From NCBI RefSeq assembly GCF_036321535.1, contig NC_087436.1:82896001-82960000 (forward strand): a stretch of 64,000 nt of DNA, given 5' to 3'. This document shows positions 1 through 12,165 of the stretch, piece after piece. The notes under the pieces were generated by a model, which was not told the origin of the DNA, did no database searches, and was given only the letters and a program-made list of their open reading frames with translations. This stretch comes from Camelus dromedarius. Taxonomy: Eukaryota. A program made the translations under genes and the position numbers. Within the stretch, counting starts at the first letter, position 1. Each line of letters starts with the position of its first letter.

Positions 1-724
1 GGTTGGTCCTGGGCCATTCAGCCCAGCAGATGACACAAAGTCAGAGCAATTTTCACTCCTCTGTCCCCTAAGGTAGCCTCTAGGCACATGTGACTCTTGA
101 ACACTCAAAATGTGGCCCGTGCAATGGAGAAGCTAAATTTTTTTTTAATTAACTTAGATTGAAATAGCGGTGTGCTTCATGGCTAGAGGTTACCATACTG
201 GACAGCACAGCCTTAGAGGGTTTTTCCTCATTCCGTAAGAAAGGGAACAAGGAAGACCGACACTAATTAAGGGCACCTCTGCGTTAGTTGGCTTCATCTG
301 AGAGGAATTTCAGCTAACAGAGCAGGCAGGCACAGCGCATCGTCGGTGTGAAGAACCACCGGATCTGAACCCTGGCTCTGCCGCTCACTACCGCTTACCT
401 TCACTGCGGCCCAGCTTCTCCTGATCTGTAAAGTGGGAATAATATATAATAACGATACCTCTGCCAGGATTAAACGATGAGTGTTTGTAAATCACTTTCA
501 AAGTGTGCCTGGCTCATAGTAAGTGCTATGTAAGAGTGTATTAAATGAATCTGCCAGAAAGAGTAAATTACGAAAGGCGTACCTAAGGCTCTGGTTGACT
601 TTGTAATGTGTATTATACTTACCCGTCAAGATTGCTGAAGTGTCCTTTGTTTTTTCAGCTTATCACTTAGAGATCCCTGTTTCTTTTTTGCAGTAATGAC
701 AAATATGCAACTCTTTTTTTGTAG

Positions 725-805
725 CTTAACAACAAATACCCGGATGCTGTAGCCACATGGCTAAAGCCTGACCCATCTCAGAAGCAGACTTTCCTAGCAC
801 CACAG
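725..805 (+). CDS. SPP1: Osteopontin exon 4 (human numbering), [27 protein letters not shown]
   Basis: tttttgtag acceptor and gtattt donor; 81 nt, phase 0/0; contains the osteopontin WLxPDPSQKQ motif. Confidence 0.97.
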
Positions 806-1095
806 GTATTTTTTATGTTAATTAATTATAACAATTAAAATTCTCACAATTAAACAACAATCACCACAAAAATAGCCACCAAGCGGGCCATTTGGGCTGA
901 TTAAATAGATCCTTCCTGCCTGCTGGTAAACAGGAGCTTAGGACGCCAATTGATCTGCCATGTTGTCTTCCTGCCTAAGGCATCCATCAATAAGGCTACA
1001 AAATAAGACCTGCTTTGGATGGAAAAGGCTAACTTTTGAATTAAAACGTTAAGCGTATATGATGTACACTGATCTGTGTGCCCTTCCTTCTTCAG

Positions 1096-1137
1096 AGTAC
1101 TGCATCTTCTGAAGAAACTGACAACTTCAAACAAGAG
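1096..1137 (+). CDS. SPP1: Osteopontin exon 5, STASSEETDNFKQE
   Basis: ttcttcag acceptor and gtgagt donor; 42 nt, phase 0/0; SSEE phosphorylation motif typical of SIBLING proteins. Confidence 0.96.
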
Positions 1138-2157
1138 GTGAGTTTTCACTTTGAATCCAAGGTCCATTGTGTCTTGGAGGGATTAAAAAGCCACTCTTTC
1201 TCTTGGTGACATTGCCTGGGTTCAGTTCCACTAGCAAATTCTCCAGTAAAATTTCTATCTAAAACTTGCTCACAAAAAACACAAGTATTTACTAAATGTC
1301 AGAAATACCAGATTTCTGCAAATACATTTAGTGTGGCAGGAAATGTTTACTAATGTCTGGGTGAAATACTGAGCCTCTTGCAAGTTATTTATGGTATTTT
1401 GTAGATGTCTTATCTAATATTTGATAAGCATCTAATTAATGCTTACCAAAGCCAAGATTTTGCCTCTAGGAGCATTTCTGTTCCTAACATAATGGTTTAT
1501 TATTTAATAAATATTCTTTTTATTGGGACTATTAATATATTTGCTAAGCAAAGGGATAAGGTAAATCTGTTTTCTTCAAGATTTTGAAGATGCTAAGGAT
1601 CTCTAATAAGGAAAGTTGGATAAATGACCCAGTATATTTGCTAATCAGTTTACTAGACATTAACTGATTAATTGAGACACAGTTTCTATACATGGATAGC
1701 CTATTAATTATCTATGCTAACAGGGAGGTGGTTTTAGATTTGGGAGTATGCATTAATATATGGATGCTGTGATCTCCTTGAATTCTCATTTCAAGTAGAA
1801 AAAATAGTCTCACAATTAAGTATCTGTATTTATTGAATGATAGAATTCAGTAAATTAAATAATGTCTAATATGAACAAGGAAGAACAGTGTTATCAATAT
1901 AAATATTATACTAATATTTGGCTTAAAAATACCTATGAATATACTTTTATGAAAAAGCAAGAAAAATGCCTCAGAATATGATTCCATTTATCATTGTGTT
2001 AAAAAGGAATTGGAAGATGCTCATTTTAACTCCTAAAAGCCATTGAGTGCTTTGTTGTGAATGCAAAGATTGTGACAGTCAAAGATTAATGCACTGTAAA
2101 GGCTAAGGAAAGATTAAAAACCCTTATACCAATTTTTCTGGCCATCTTGATTTTTAG

Positions 2158-2469
2158 ACCCTCCCAAGTACGTCCAATGAAAGTCCTGACCACACGGACG
2201 ATGTGGATGATGACGATGATGACACTGTGGACAGCCAGGACGTTGACTCAAATGACTCTGATGATCATACCGATGACACCGACCGTTCCGACGAGTCTCA
2301 CCATTCTGATGAGTCTGATGAGGTGGTCACTGACTTTCCCACCGACATTCCAGCAACCGCAGTTTTCACTCCAGCTGTCCCCACAGAAGACACACAAGAT
2401 GGCCGAGGTGATAATATTGGTTATGCACTGAGGACAAAATCTAAGAAGTTCCGCAGATCTGAAATTGAG
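2158..2469 (+). CDS. SPP1: Osteopontin exon 6 (poly-Asp tract, EVVTDFP, RGD)
   Basis: tttttag acceptor and gtaaat donor; 312 nt; TLPSTSNES...DDDDDDD...[23 protein letters not shown]; overlaps ORF 2203..2481. Confidence 0.97.
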
Positions 2470-3165
2470 GTAAATCCTTGAAAAGACACATCAAATGGTT
2501 ATGATTAGAGCCCAATTCTAGGAAACCAGAGTCCCCATCCTCACTCATTCATTCATTCAGCAAGTATTACTACTTTATAATCATTGAGTGCAAAACCTTT
2601 TTCTACCTGGTGGTTTTTGTATTTTAGTCCACATAATTTCTCCCTAATTTTTGTCTCTCAATCACAATGCTGTTTTTCCAAGTCCTGGCTATAAAGCACT
2701 TTTTTCTATTCACCTTTTAAGGTTAAAAAAGACTTCAGAAAAGAGTGATTATTTTCACAATATAATGGTCATGTTTTAAAGTTAAATACATAAGAATTGT
2801 AGAGTTGCAAATTACACTGAATCTACAGTCAAAGTATCTAGATTTGACACATGGCCTTGCCATTTACTATTCTCTTTACTTTTTAACTTTCAATTCACTT
2901 TCCTTTTATGTAAAACAGATAATGAGTCCTACCTCCTAGGTTTCATCACGTACATAATCGCTGTACCTATTAAACTAAAGGAGATGATGTCATGAAAAGG
3001 CTTAGTGAAAAAAAAAAGTAACACACTACTATTATTTTTTGCTTCAGCCAAATTTAAACATTTTTATAGAATAAATTGGCCTAAAAGTTAGAAAGTAGAA
3101 AAAATTACAGTGTTCCCATCCCTGGCTGTTCATTTCATTCTTCTCCCATTTGTGCTATGATTCAG

Positions 3166-3555
3166 CATCCAGAGGCCATGACACATGTGGAAAGTGAGGA
3201 GGCGGACGAGGCACACAAGGCCATCTTTGATGCTCAGGGCCTGCACACGGCTTCTGACTGGAACAGCCAGTGGAAGGACAGTCAGGAGACGAGTCAGCCG
3301 AGTGACCACAGCGTGGAAACCCACAGCCAGGAGCATTCCGAAGAATACAAGCTGAAGGCTGATGATGAGGGCGACCGGCATTCCGATGTGATTGATAGTC
3401 AGGAAAATTCCCAAGTCAGCCCTGAAGTCCACAGCCAAGAACTTCCTAGCCATGAAGATAAGCTAGTCCTAAACCCTAAAAGTGAGGAAGAAGACACACA
3501 CCTGAAATTTCGCATTTCTCATGAATTAGATAGTGCATCTTCTGAGGTCAATTAA
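3166..3555 (+). CDS. SPP1: Osteopontin exon 7 coding part, to the TAA stop
   Basis: ttcag acceptor; [12 protein letters not shown]...[18 protein letters not shown] matches the osteopontin C-terminal ASARM-like end. Confidence 0.97.
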   Translation, partial: HPEAMTHVESEEADEAHKAIFDAQGLHTASDWNSQWKDSQETSQPSDHSVETHSQEHSEEYKLKADDEGDRHSDVIDSQENSQVSPEVHSQELPSHEDKLVLNPKSEEEDTHLKFRISHELDSASSEVN

Positions 3556-3961
3556 AAGCAGAAAAATACAATTTCTTATTTTGCTTTTAGTAAAAAGAAA
3601 AAATACACTATAGCGAGGTGGGAGAGAATATGAAATGCTTATTTCTCAGCTTAGTTGGTGAATGTATATGTATATGGATCTAGAGACAGAATGTTTTTGA
3701 TTATTAGTTTAGTGTGTGGCTTCATGGTAACACCTTCGTAAACTAAAAACTTCAAGGTTTAGTCTATGTTCTTTCCATGTGAGAAATGCAAACCATCACT
3801 GCATTTTAATGTTTGCTACCCATTTATGAATAGAAATGTATGTAGAAGCAAACAAAAATACTTTTACACACTTACAAGAGAGAATATAAAATTTTCTGTC
3901 ACTATGATCTTTTGTTTTTTAAATTAGTATATATTTTGTTGTGATTATTTTTGTCAGTGTG

Positions 3962-4050
3962 AATAAATCTTATATCTCAGATCTAAGGAGTTTGGTGGTG
4001 TCAATTGCATTTCTTATTTGGTTTCCTATAGTTGCCTAGCAATTAATAAA
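3962..4050 (+). terminator. SPP1: SPP1 polyadenylation signals (AATAAA at 3962-3967 and 4045-4050)
   Basis: Two canonical hexamers ~400-490 nt after the stop, at the end of an AU-rich 3' UTR. Confidence 0.75.
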
Positions 4051-4579
4051 TGTAATCATTTTAATGAACGTGCTGGACTTCATAGAGAGCAATTTAAGAC
4101 CTGCTGCATCAACCATACAGCTTCTGGCTAAGCTAAAGTTCCTAGGAAAGGAAACAGGGGTCAAGTAGGGGTTGATATTCAGCCAGAACCCCTCCAACCA
4201 TATCGGGCTCTGTAGGCCATTTTCAATCAGTGGGAGCAACCTTTCTCTAATTTTCACAAACCTGATGTAAAAGCTAATGAAGGTCTAAATGCAATCACAA
4301 ATCAATTTTATTGTTTCTCATCACTCTCCATTAATTTTCTCAGTAAATTTATTGCATTCCTGCCCTTGGATGACAACTTGGTAGGTCGCATACCTATTCT
4401 GATCACGTGTAGATAATAAACAAATAGTTCCTTAGAACTGGAAAAAAATTTAAATGAAGTTTCAGATAATAGTCAAAATTTTCAACTTCATTCAAAGCTC
4501 AAACTTTTGGAAACCTGAAGTGGAGCAAGTGTCTTTATTCCCATGCCTTGCTCCTCTGCTCTTTCTAAAACTAGAAATT

Positions 4580-6845
4580 CCAGTTGGAAATTTAAAAATT
4601 CTCTATTGAACAACTCTTGGAACAAAAGGGGAAACATTTAAACTGCAGAATTTCTTAAAAAATGAAATATAATAAAAACATAGAATCAATAGAGTACAGT
4701 TACACTAGTGATTGCAGAAAATCCATAGCTTTAAATTCTTGCAACAACAAAATAAAAAAATGAAAATAAATATATTGAGCTCCTATCTTAGAAAAGAGCA
4801 ACAAAATAAAGTAAAGCAGAGCATAAGGAAGGAAACAATAAAATTAAAAGTAAAGGTAATGAGGTAGAGAACAGAAAAATTGTAGAAATAAATCCAAAAT
4901 GCTGGTTCTTTGTGTAAAAAAAAAAAAAAATTCAGCAAAACAGATAAACCACTAGCTAATCCAATAAAGGAAGAAAGGTAAAAAACACAAATAAGGAACA
5001 AAAACAAAGAGATGACAATGACATGGGGAAATTTTAAAAGTCAAAAGTAACTTACTTTGTACAACTCAATACAAATCAAATAGAAAACCTAGATGAACTG
5101 GATTATTTCCTAGAAAACACAATTTACCAAAATTGACTTTGCTAGCCATAGAAAGCATAAATAGACAAATTTCTTTAGTGGAAAGAGAGAAAGTTATCAA
5201 AGGACTACCTGTAAAAACTAGTTTCAAATGATTTTACAGTAGAATTATACCAAAACTTCAAAGACTAGACAACCCCAATACTGTTTAAATTGTAGCAGAA
5301 AAGGAGAACTTTCAAATGATCTTTATGAAACAAGTAATACTTTGGCACTCAAACCTAGCGATGATTGCAAACACACAACTATAAACCAGTCTCATTCATG
5401 CCTAGCAACGGAAAAATTCTAAATAAAATGCCAGCAGACAGAATCTAAAATCAAGTTTAAAGAATGCATCACAATCAAGGGGGATTTAATCCCAGACAAT
5501 GATGCTTCAATATTAGTAAATTCATTCCTATAACTCACCATATAGTTAGATCTAAGGAGAAAGATGCCATATGATTAGATCTATAGATAATTAAAAAGGA
5601 ATTTGTATTAGTCAGCTATTCTTATGAAAGTAATGAATAACACCCCCAATATCGCAGTAGCTTACTTACAACATCAAATATTTTTCTTTTTCTCACTCAA
5701 CAGTTTGTGGGTTGGCAGAGGGCGGTTGTGCTTCAGGCTGCAGGATAGATCAGGTCTGTTCCATATGTCTCTCTACTTGGGACTGACTACTTGGGGGCCT
5801 GTCTTTCTGAGAGTAGAAGGAACACAAGATGGGTGAACAGAAACATATGATGCTTTGGCTCAGAACTGACACATCACCACTTTTGATTAAATTCCATTGT
5901 TCAAAGCTAGTCATGTGGTCAAACCCAATACCAATGTGCAGGTAAAGTACCCTCCCCTCACAATGAATCATGATAGACGAAGAAAAAAGAAATAATTGGG
6001 AGTAAATAATAAAGCATAACACAGCCCTTGACTAATGTCAATACTCATTCCTAATTTCATAAAAATAAAATAAAAATTAAGGAATACTCACTAACACAAT
6101 GAAATATTTTATATCTCAGCCCAAAGAATGACATCAAACTTAACAGAGACACATTACAGGCATTCTCATTAAGATCAAGGACAAAGCAAGCATGTCCTCT
6201 CTCTACGCTACTATATAACTTAGCTTTGAAGATACAATCTAATAATAATAAGCATTTAGGTGCATAAGAATTGAGAAATAATTTATATCTTTATGTAGAT
6301 TATATAACACTACAGCTAGAAAACAGAGAATCAGTACGAAAAATAACAACTAACAAGCTCTGTGAGGTAGCGTGATATAAAATTTAACTAAAAACATATG
6401 TGCAAAAAATACTAACAGTAACCATTGAAAAGATACAATGTCATTTAATACAGAAACAAAAAAAAGATAAAAATCTTAAAAAAACATGCCAAAACTATTT
6501 TGGAAAATTGTGAAATACTCCTGTAAGCCAAAAGAAGAGGACTTAAACAAATGGAAAGACATTGTTTGTTCTCCTATAGGAAATTCAACATCATAAAGAT
6601 GTCAGTTCTTCCCCAATAACATATAAATGCAATGTGATTCCAATTTAAATAAGAGTAATTTTTTTTCTGGAGCTGTGCAAGCTAATTCTATAATTCATGT
6701 GGAAAAGTAAACATACAACAATATGAACGAAAATTCGGAAAAATTAAAGCAATAAGGGAAGACTAGCCCTAACAAAGATTAAATCAGACTATAAAGCCTC
6801 TCTAATAAAAACACTGTGGTTTCAGCAAATAAATAGAGTGGACCA
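4580..6845 (+). mobile_element. Decayed LINE-1 ORF2 region, interrupted by an LTR at ~5605-6025
   Basis: A-rich L1 ORF2-like phrases (gaaaacctagatgaactgg, aaacaaatggaaagaca, gactataaagc); no open frame. Confidence 0.7.
5605..6025 (-). mobile_element. MaLR (MLT1-like) solo LTR
   Basis: tgtattagtcagcta start; cacatcaccactttt...cattgttcaaagctagtcatgtggtcaaaccc core typical of MLT1. Confidence 0.6.
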
Positions 6846-8607
6846 AAAAACAAGCACTCACTAGACATTAATGCTTTGATTTTGGACTTTCAGCCTCTAG
6901 AACTGTTAGAAAGAAATGTGTGTGTTGACTGCAGTAGCCCAAACAGACTAAGACACCACCGTCCTTGTCATCCTCAGTCCAGTGCCTTGAGCTCCCAGTG
7001 CACTGGCTTTGGTTGGCATTTCATCACAACCAACCACAGGTGACAGCTTTATTGATGGTGTTGTCACATGCTATAGAACACAAGCATCCCATTTCCCACT
7101 GGCTCAGCACTGTGCTCAAATCCAAGGGCATGACCAAGTTAATCCTGAAATTGCATCTTTGAATGGTGGTACCATGAAGACCATCCCGTGCACTCTATCA
7201 GTCAAGGTTCAGTTAGAAGACAGGAAACACATCAGTAATTTGAACAGGGAAAGCAAAATTTAACAAAAAGAATTATGAACTAAAAACAGGAGATTAACCA
7301 GAGAAGATTAACTTTAAAAAAAAAAAAAAGAAGAACCTTAATAATACCATAGAACTGAGAATAATCAAACAAGGACCAATTTGGAAAGAGGGACCCTCTC
7401 CCCAAAACTGAGATTCAGACTTCATTAAAGAGGGTGTAACTGCAGCCCAGGGGATGACAGAGAAGTCTGCAGTGCTATCCTGGGCCAGACCTGGTCTGTA
7501 GCTGCGGGCTGACTTTGCCAAATGGAGCCCTTCCCACCAGAGTGCCAGTAGACTGAGGCTGCAAGCAGGGAACCATGGGCCACAACGGAGCAGGAAACTG
7601 AGCAAGTAGCTGCCCACCAGGGTGCCAGCAAAACCAGCCAGGGTGTGAGCTCCACGGGGTGTTCTGTGAGCACATCACGGCAGCTGCTCCATGGGAGCAG
7701 GAAGAGAGCACACACACACCAGCACAAGGAGCCCATTTCCTGCAGCGTCCTTCCAGTGCCCTCTACTGACAAAGCGTGCCACTGTGCCAGCTGGCAAAGG
7801 AACCGTGCTTACAGGGCCCGACTCCAGTATCACAAAGCAGGGCAGAGGCAGTGGCCTCTGAGCCCAACAGGAGCAAGCTGATAGCTGTCACAGGCTGTTT
7901 GGGAAAAGGTTGATTCCTGTTCTTGGACAAGGTGAGTAAATAACGTGCCTGGGAAGTCTTTTTAATGATAGAAGGCAAGGAAGCATTCAAAGACAAAATG
8001 AAATCACATCTAAGGGGCCAAACAGCAGACTTAAAGGGGACTTCTATTCAAAACTGGAGTAATTGGAGAATAAACATTGTAATAATAATGGCAGTAATGG
8101 AGCATGACAAATTGAATTTTTAAATTCCATTAGTATATAGTGATACTATAAGAGAGAACATAAAAGAAAGATCTCCTTTGCAGATAAATGCCAGATAATA
8201 ATAAATGTAGAAGAAATAATAAAATTACAAAATCATTTTGCAACCCACAGTATAATACTGATTCAGGAAAAGATCTCTAATGAATGTTAAAATCATTGCA
8301 TAAAAGGTTATTGGGAACAAGATATTCACCTGGTCTCAGAACACCACCCACAAATTACTAATTCCACAGGAGGAAGATGCTTTTAACTAGAAGGATTTGG
8401 TAGTCACCCTTGTCATCCAGGAATCAAACAGCTTCACTGAGGGGACCACCAGATACGTGCCTTCTAGTGTGATGCAATAAGGAGACACACCATGACCTAT
8501 GAAATGCTTTTGTAAAAAATGTTTAATGGATTCCAATCATAAGAAGACAAACAAATCTAGAAATTGAGCTACTGTGTGATACAACAGGCCCTAACTTTCC
8601 AAAAAGT

Positions 8608-8790
8608 AGTGTTGCCAGATAAAGTACAAGACACTCACTTAAATTTGCATTTCAGATGAACAACAAATCATCTTTTAGTGTAAGCATAGGGCACATTATA
8701 ATAAAAGATGGTTCGTTGTTTTTCTGACTTTCAAACTAACTGAGCATCCTGAGCTTATTTTGATTTTCTAAATCTTTCAGTCCTACAGAA
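8608..8790. mobile_element. MER53-like non-autonomous DNA transposon
   Basis: tagtgttgccagataaagtacaagacactcacttaaatttgcatttcagatgaacaacaa resembles MER53. Confidence 0.6.
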
Positions 8791-9084
8791 AAAGTCAATG
8801 TGATGACAGAAATAGAAGGGAGGAGTTGAGGAGGGTGCTAGATTAAAAGCTTAAATAGGCACAACCAAGTGCAAAAAAGAAACTTTGATTGACTCCTGGA
8901 TTAAAAAAGAAAACTATAAAACACATTTGAGGGACAATTACGGTAATTTGAATATACACAGTACATTAGATGATATTATGGAATCACTAATAGGTGTGAT
9001 TTTCTTAGGTGTGATCATTGCATTAAGTTTATGGAAGTGGATCAGTCCTTATTCTTAAGAGATGTACAATGAAATATTTAGGAA

Positions 9085-10180
9085 TGCCTCTGAGAAAGCC
9101 TCTCAAAGCCATCTTGAGAAAGAAAAACAAAGCTGGAGGGATCACTTCCTGATTTCAAACCACGTTATAGTACTGGCGTAAAAACAGACACGAAGACCAA
9201 TGGAACAGAATTAGGAGCCAAGAAATAAATCCACGCGTATTTGGTCAACTAATCTGTGACAAGGGCACCAAGAATACTCAGTGCAGAAAGGATAATCTCT
9301 TTAAAAAATGATGCTGGGAAAACTGGATGATCACATGCAAAAGAATGAGATCAGAACCTTAACCCATACACAAAAATTAACTCAAAATGCCTCATACAGT
9401 GTATTGCACAGTGTTAGTGAATTGGCACAGCCTTTATGAAAAACATAAAGTATGGAGGTTCCTAAAAAATTAAAAACAAAACTGCTGTAAAAGTATCCAA
9501 AGGAAATGAGGTCAGTGTCTCGAAGAGACATCTGCACTCCCATGTTCATTGCAGCATTATTCACAACAGCCAGGATATGGAGATAACGTAGGTCCATCAA
9601 CAGATGAATAGATAAATAAAGTGAGGCATATATATGCAATAGAATATTATTCAGCCATTAAAAAAAAAGCAATCCTACTGTTTGCAACAACATGGGTGAA
9701 TGGAGAGGACATTATGCTAAGTGAAATAAGCCAGGCACAGAAAGACAAATACTGCATGATCTCACCTGTATGTGGAATCTAAAAACTTCAAACTCACAGA
9801 ACTAGAGAGTAGAACAGTCATTGCCAGGGCTGGGGTGTGGCTGAAATGGGGAGATGTTGGTCAAGGGTACAAACTTTCAGTAATAAGGTGAGTAAGTTCT
9901 GGAAATCTAATGTACAGCATTGGGATTATGGTTAATAATACTGTATTTACTTGAAGTTTGCTAAGAGAGTAGACCTTAAGTGTTCTCACCATGACACACA
10001 CACATAAAAGGTAACTATGTGAGGTGATGGATATGCTAATTAACTAGATTATGTAGTCATTTTATTATATATGTATATTAAATCACCAAATTGTACAACT
10101 TTTAAAAAAATCACATCATACAACTTAATTATATACAATTTTTATTTGTAAACCATACCACAATAAAGCTGGGAAAAAAA
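9085..10180 (+). mobile_element. LINE-1 (L1MA-like) ORF2 end and 3' UTR, internally deleted
   Basis: gacatctgcactcccatgttcattgcagcattattcacaac; gctaagagagtagaccttaagtgttctcacc; ends aataaagctgggaaaaaaa. Confidence 0.85.
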
Positions 10181-10227
10181 CAAATGTAAATAGATGAAGC
10201 CCCTCTGTTCAAAGACAGATTCATATA

Positions 10228-10231
<4 letters not shown>

Positions 10232-10303
<72 letters not shown>
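10232..10303. repeat. (TAA)24 microsatellite
   Basis: Perfect trinucleotide run. Confidence 0.97.
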
Positions 10304-10305
<2 letters not shown>

Positions 10306-10407
10306 TCCTATATCATTTTTGTGTCTTTTTTTGTGTTTCCCTTATAAACAGAGTAAAGTTTTTATAGAGCTGCAACATTATTGTCAAAAAATTAAAAAGC
10401 AAGTGCA

Positions 10408-10780
10408 AACACTACTCAGCCATAAAAAATAATAAAATTATGCCATTTGCAGCAACAGGGATAGATCTGGATATTGTCATTCTAAGTGAAGTAAGCCAGA
10501 AAGAGAAAGAAAAACACCATATGATATCACTTATATGTGGAATCTTAAAAAGGACAAATGAACTTATTTGCAAAACAGAAACAGACTCACAGACATAGAA
10601 AACAAACTTATGGTTACCAGGTGGGGAAGGGAATGGGAAGGGATAAACTATGAGATTGAGATTTGCAGATACTAACGACTAAAAAGATAAACAAGTTTCT
10701 ACTGTATAGCACAAGGAACTATATTCAGTATCTTGTATTAACCTGCAATGAAAAAGATGGGAAAATGAAAAAAAGAAAAA
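10408..10780 (+). mobile_element. 5'-truncated younger LINE-1 3' end
   Basis: actactcagccataaaa...acagactcacagacatagaaaacaaacttatggttacc; A tail; TSD-like aaaaagca(a/c)gt. Confidence 0.85.
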
Positions 10781-10939
10781 AAAGCACGTAGCATGCAATG
10801 CAACTATGGGTTTATTCTATATTGTTAAAGATCCAATAAAGATATAACTATTATGAACCATTACACACCAAATAACAGGACAACAAATGTTACATAGCAA
10901 AAACTATTACAACCACAGTAAATAATTGATGAAAACATA

Positions 10940-12165
10940 ATCATAGGAAAATCTAGATGACCTTGGATGACTTTTTAGATAAAATACCAAAGGCATGGTC
11001 CATGAAAGGAAGACTTTTAAGCTGGACTTCAATAAAGTTTAAAAGTTCTGTCTGCACACAAAATTATAAAGCAACTATACTTCAATTTTTAAAAAAAGTT
11101 CTGCTCTGCAGATGACAATGTCAAAAGAATGAGAGGATAAGCAAAAAACTGGGAGAAAATATTTTAAAAAGACACATTTGCTAAAGGACTGTTATCCAAA
11201 ATATACAAAGAACTCTTAAAATTCAACAGTAAGAAAATAAACACAGTTTAAAAATGGATCAAAGACCTTAACAGACACCTTACCAAATAAGCATACAAAA
11301 ACACTCCACATCATATGTCATGAGGGAAATGCAAATTAAAACAATGAGATATCACTACACACCTATCAGAACAGCCAAAATCTGGAGCACGGACAGCATC
11401 ACATGCTGGCAAGGATCACTGCCGGTGGGAATGCAAAATGATACAGCCATCTGGAAGACCGTTTAGTAGTTTCTTACAAAACTAAACGTACTCTTATCAC
11501 AGAATACAGTAATCACACTCCTTGATAGTTACACAAAGAAGCTGAAAACATATCCACACAAAAACTTGCATATGGATGTTTATAGCAACATTACACGATT
11601 GCCAAAATTTGGAAGCAACCAGGATGTCCTTCAGAAGGTGAATGGATAAACTGTGGTATATCCAGACAACAGAATTTTATTCAGCACTGAAAAGGAATAA
11701 GCTATCAAGCCATGAAAAGACATGGGGAAAACTTAAATGTATACTTAAAGTGAAATAAGCCAATCTGAAAAGGCTACATACTGTTTGATTCCAACTAGAT
11801 GACATTCTGGAAAAGCCAAAACTATGGAGACAGTAGAAAGATTAGTGGTTGCTAGGGGATGGGGAGAGGGAGGGATGAATAGACAGAGCTCAGAGAATTT
11901 TTAGGGCAGAGAAACTATTCCGTATGCACTATAATAATGGATATACGTCATTATACATTTGTCCAAACCCATAGAAAACTACAGATTTTAATGTTTTTGT
12001 AGCACGTCAGTGCAGGTTCAGCAACTGTAATAAATGAACCACTCTGATCGCAATGATGGTAATAAGAGAAGCTATGCGTATATGGGGGCAGAGGTTCTAT
12101 GGGAACTCTTTTTATTTTCTCCTCAACTTTGTCGTGAACCTAAAACTGATCTAAAACATAAAGAC
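10940..12165 (+). mobile_element. Old LINE-1 (L1MB/L1MC-like) ORF2 end and 3' UTR
   Basis: gaaatgcaaattaaaacaatgagatatcactacac; ctgaaaaggctacatactg; gaacctaaaactgatctaaaa. Confidence 0.8.

Noticed and set aside
3130..3453. 107-aa hydrophobic antisense ORF over SPP1 exon 7
   Set aside because: Mirror of an acidic GAN-codon-rich exon; no independent support
7294..7996. Cluster of ORFs in a GC-richer intergenic patch
   Set aside because: No recognisable protein or splice structure; more likely a decayed LTR
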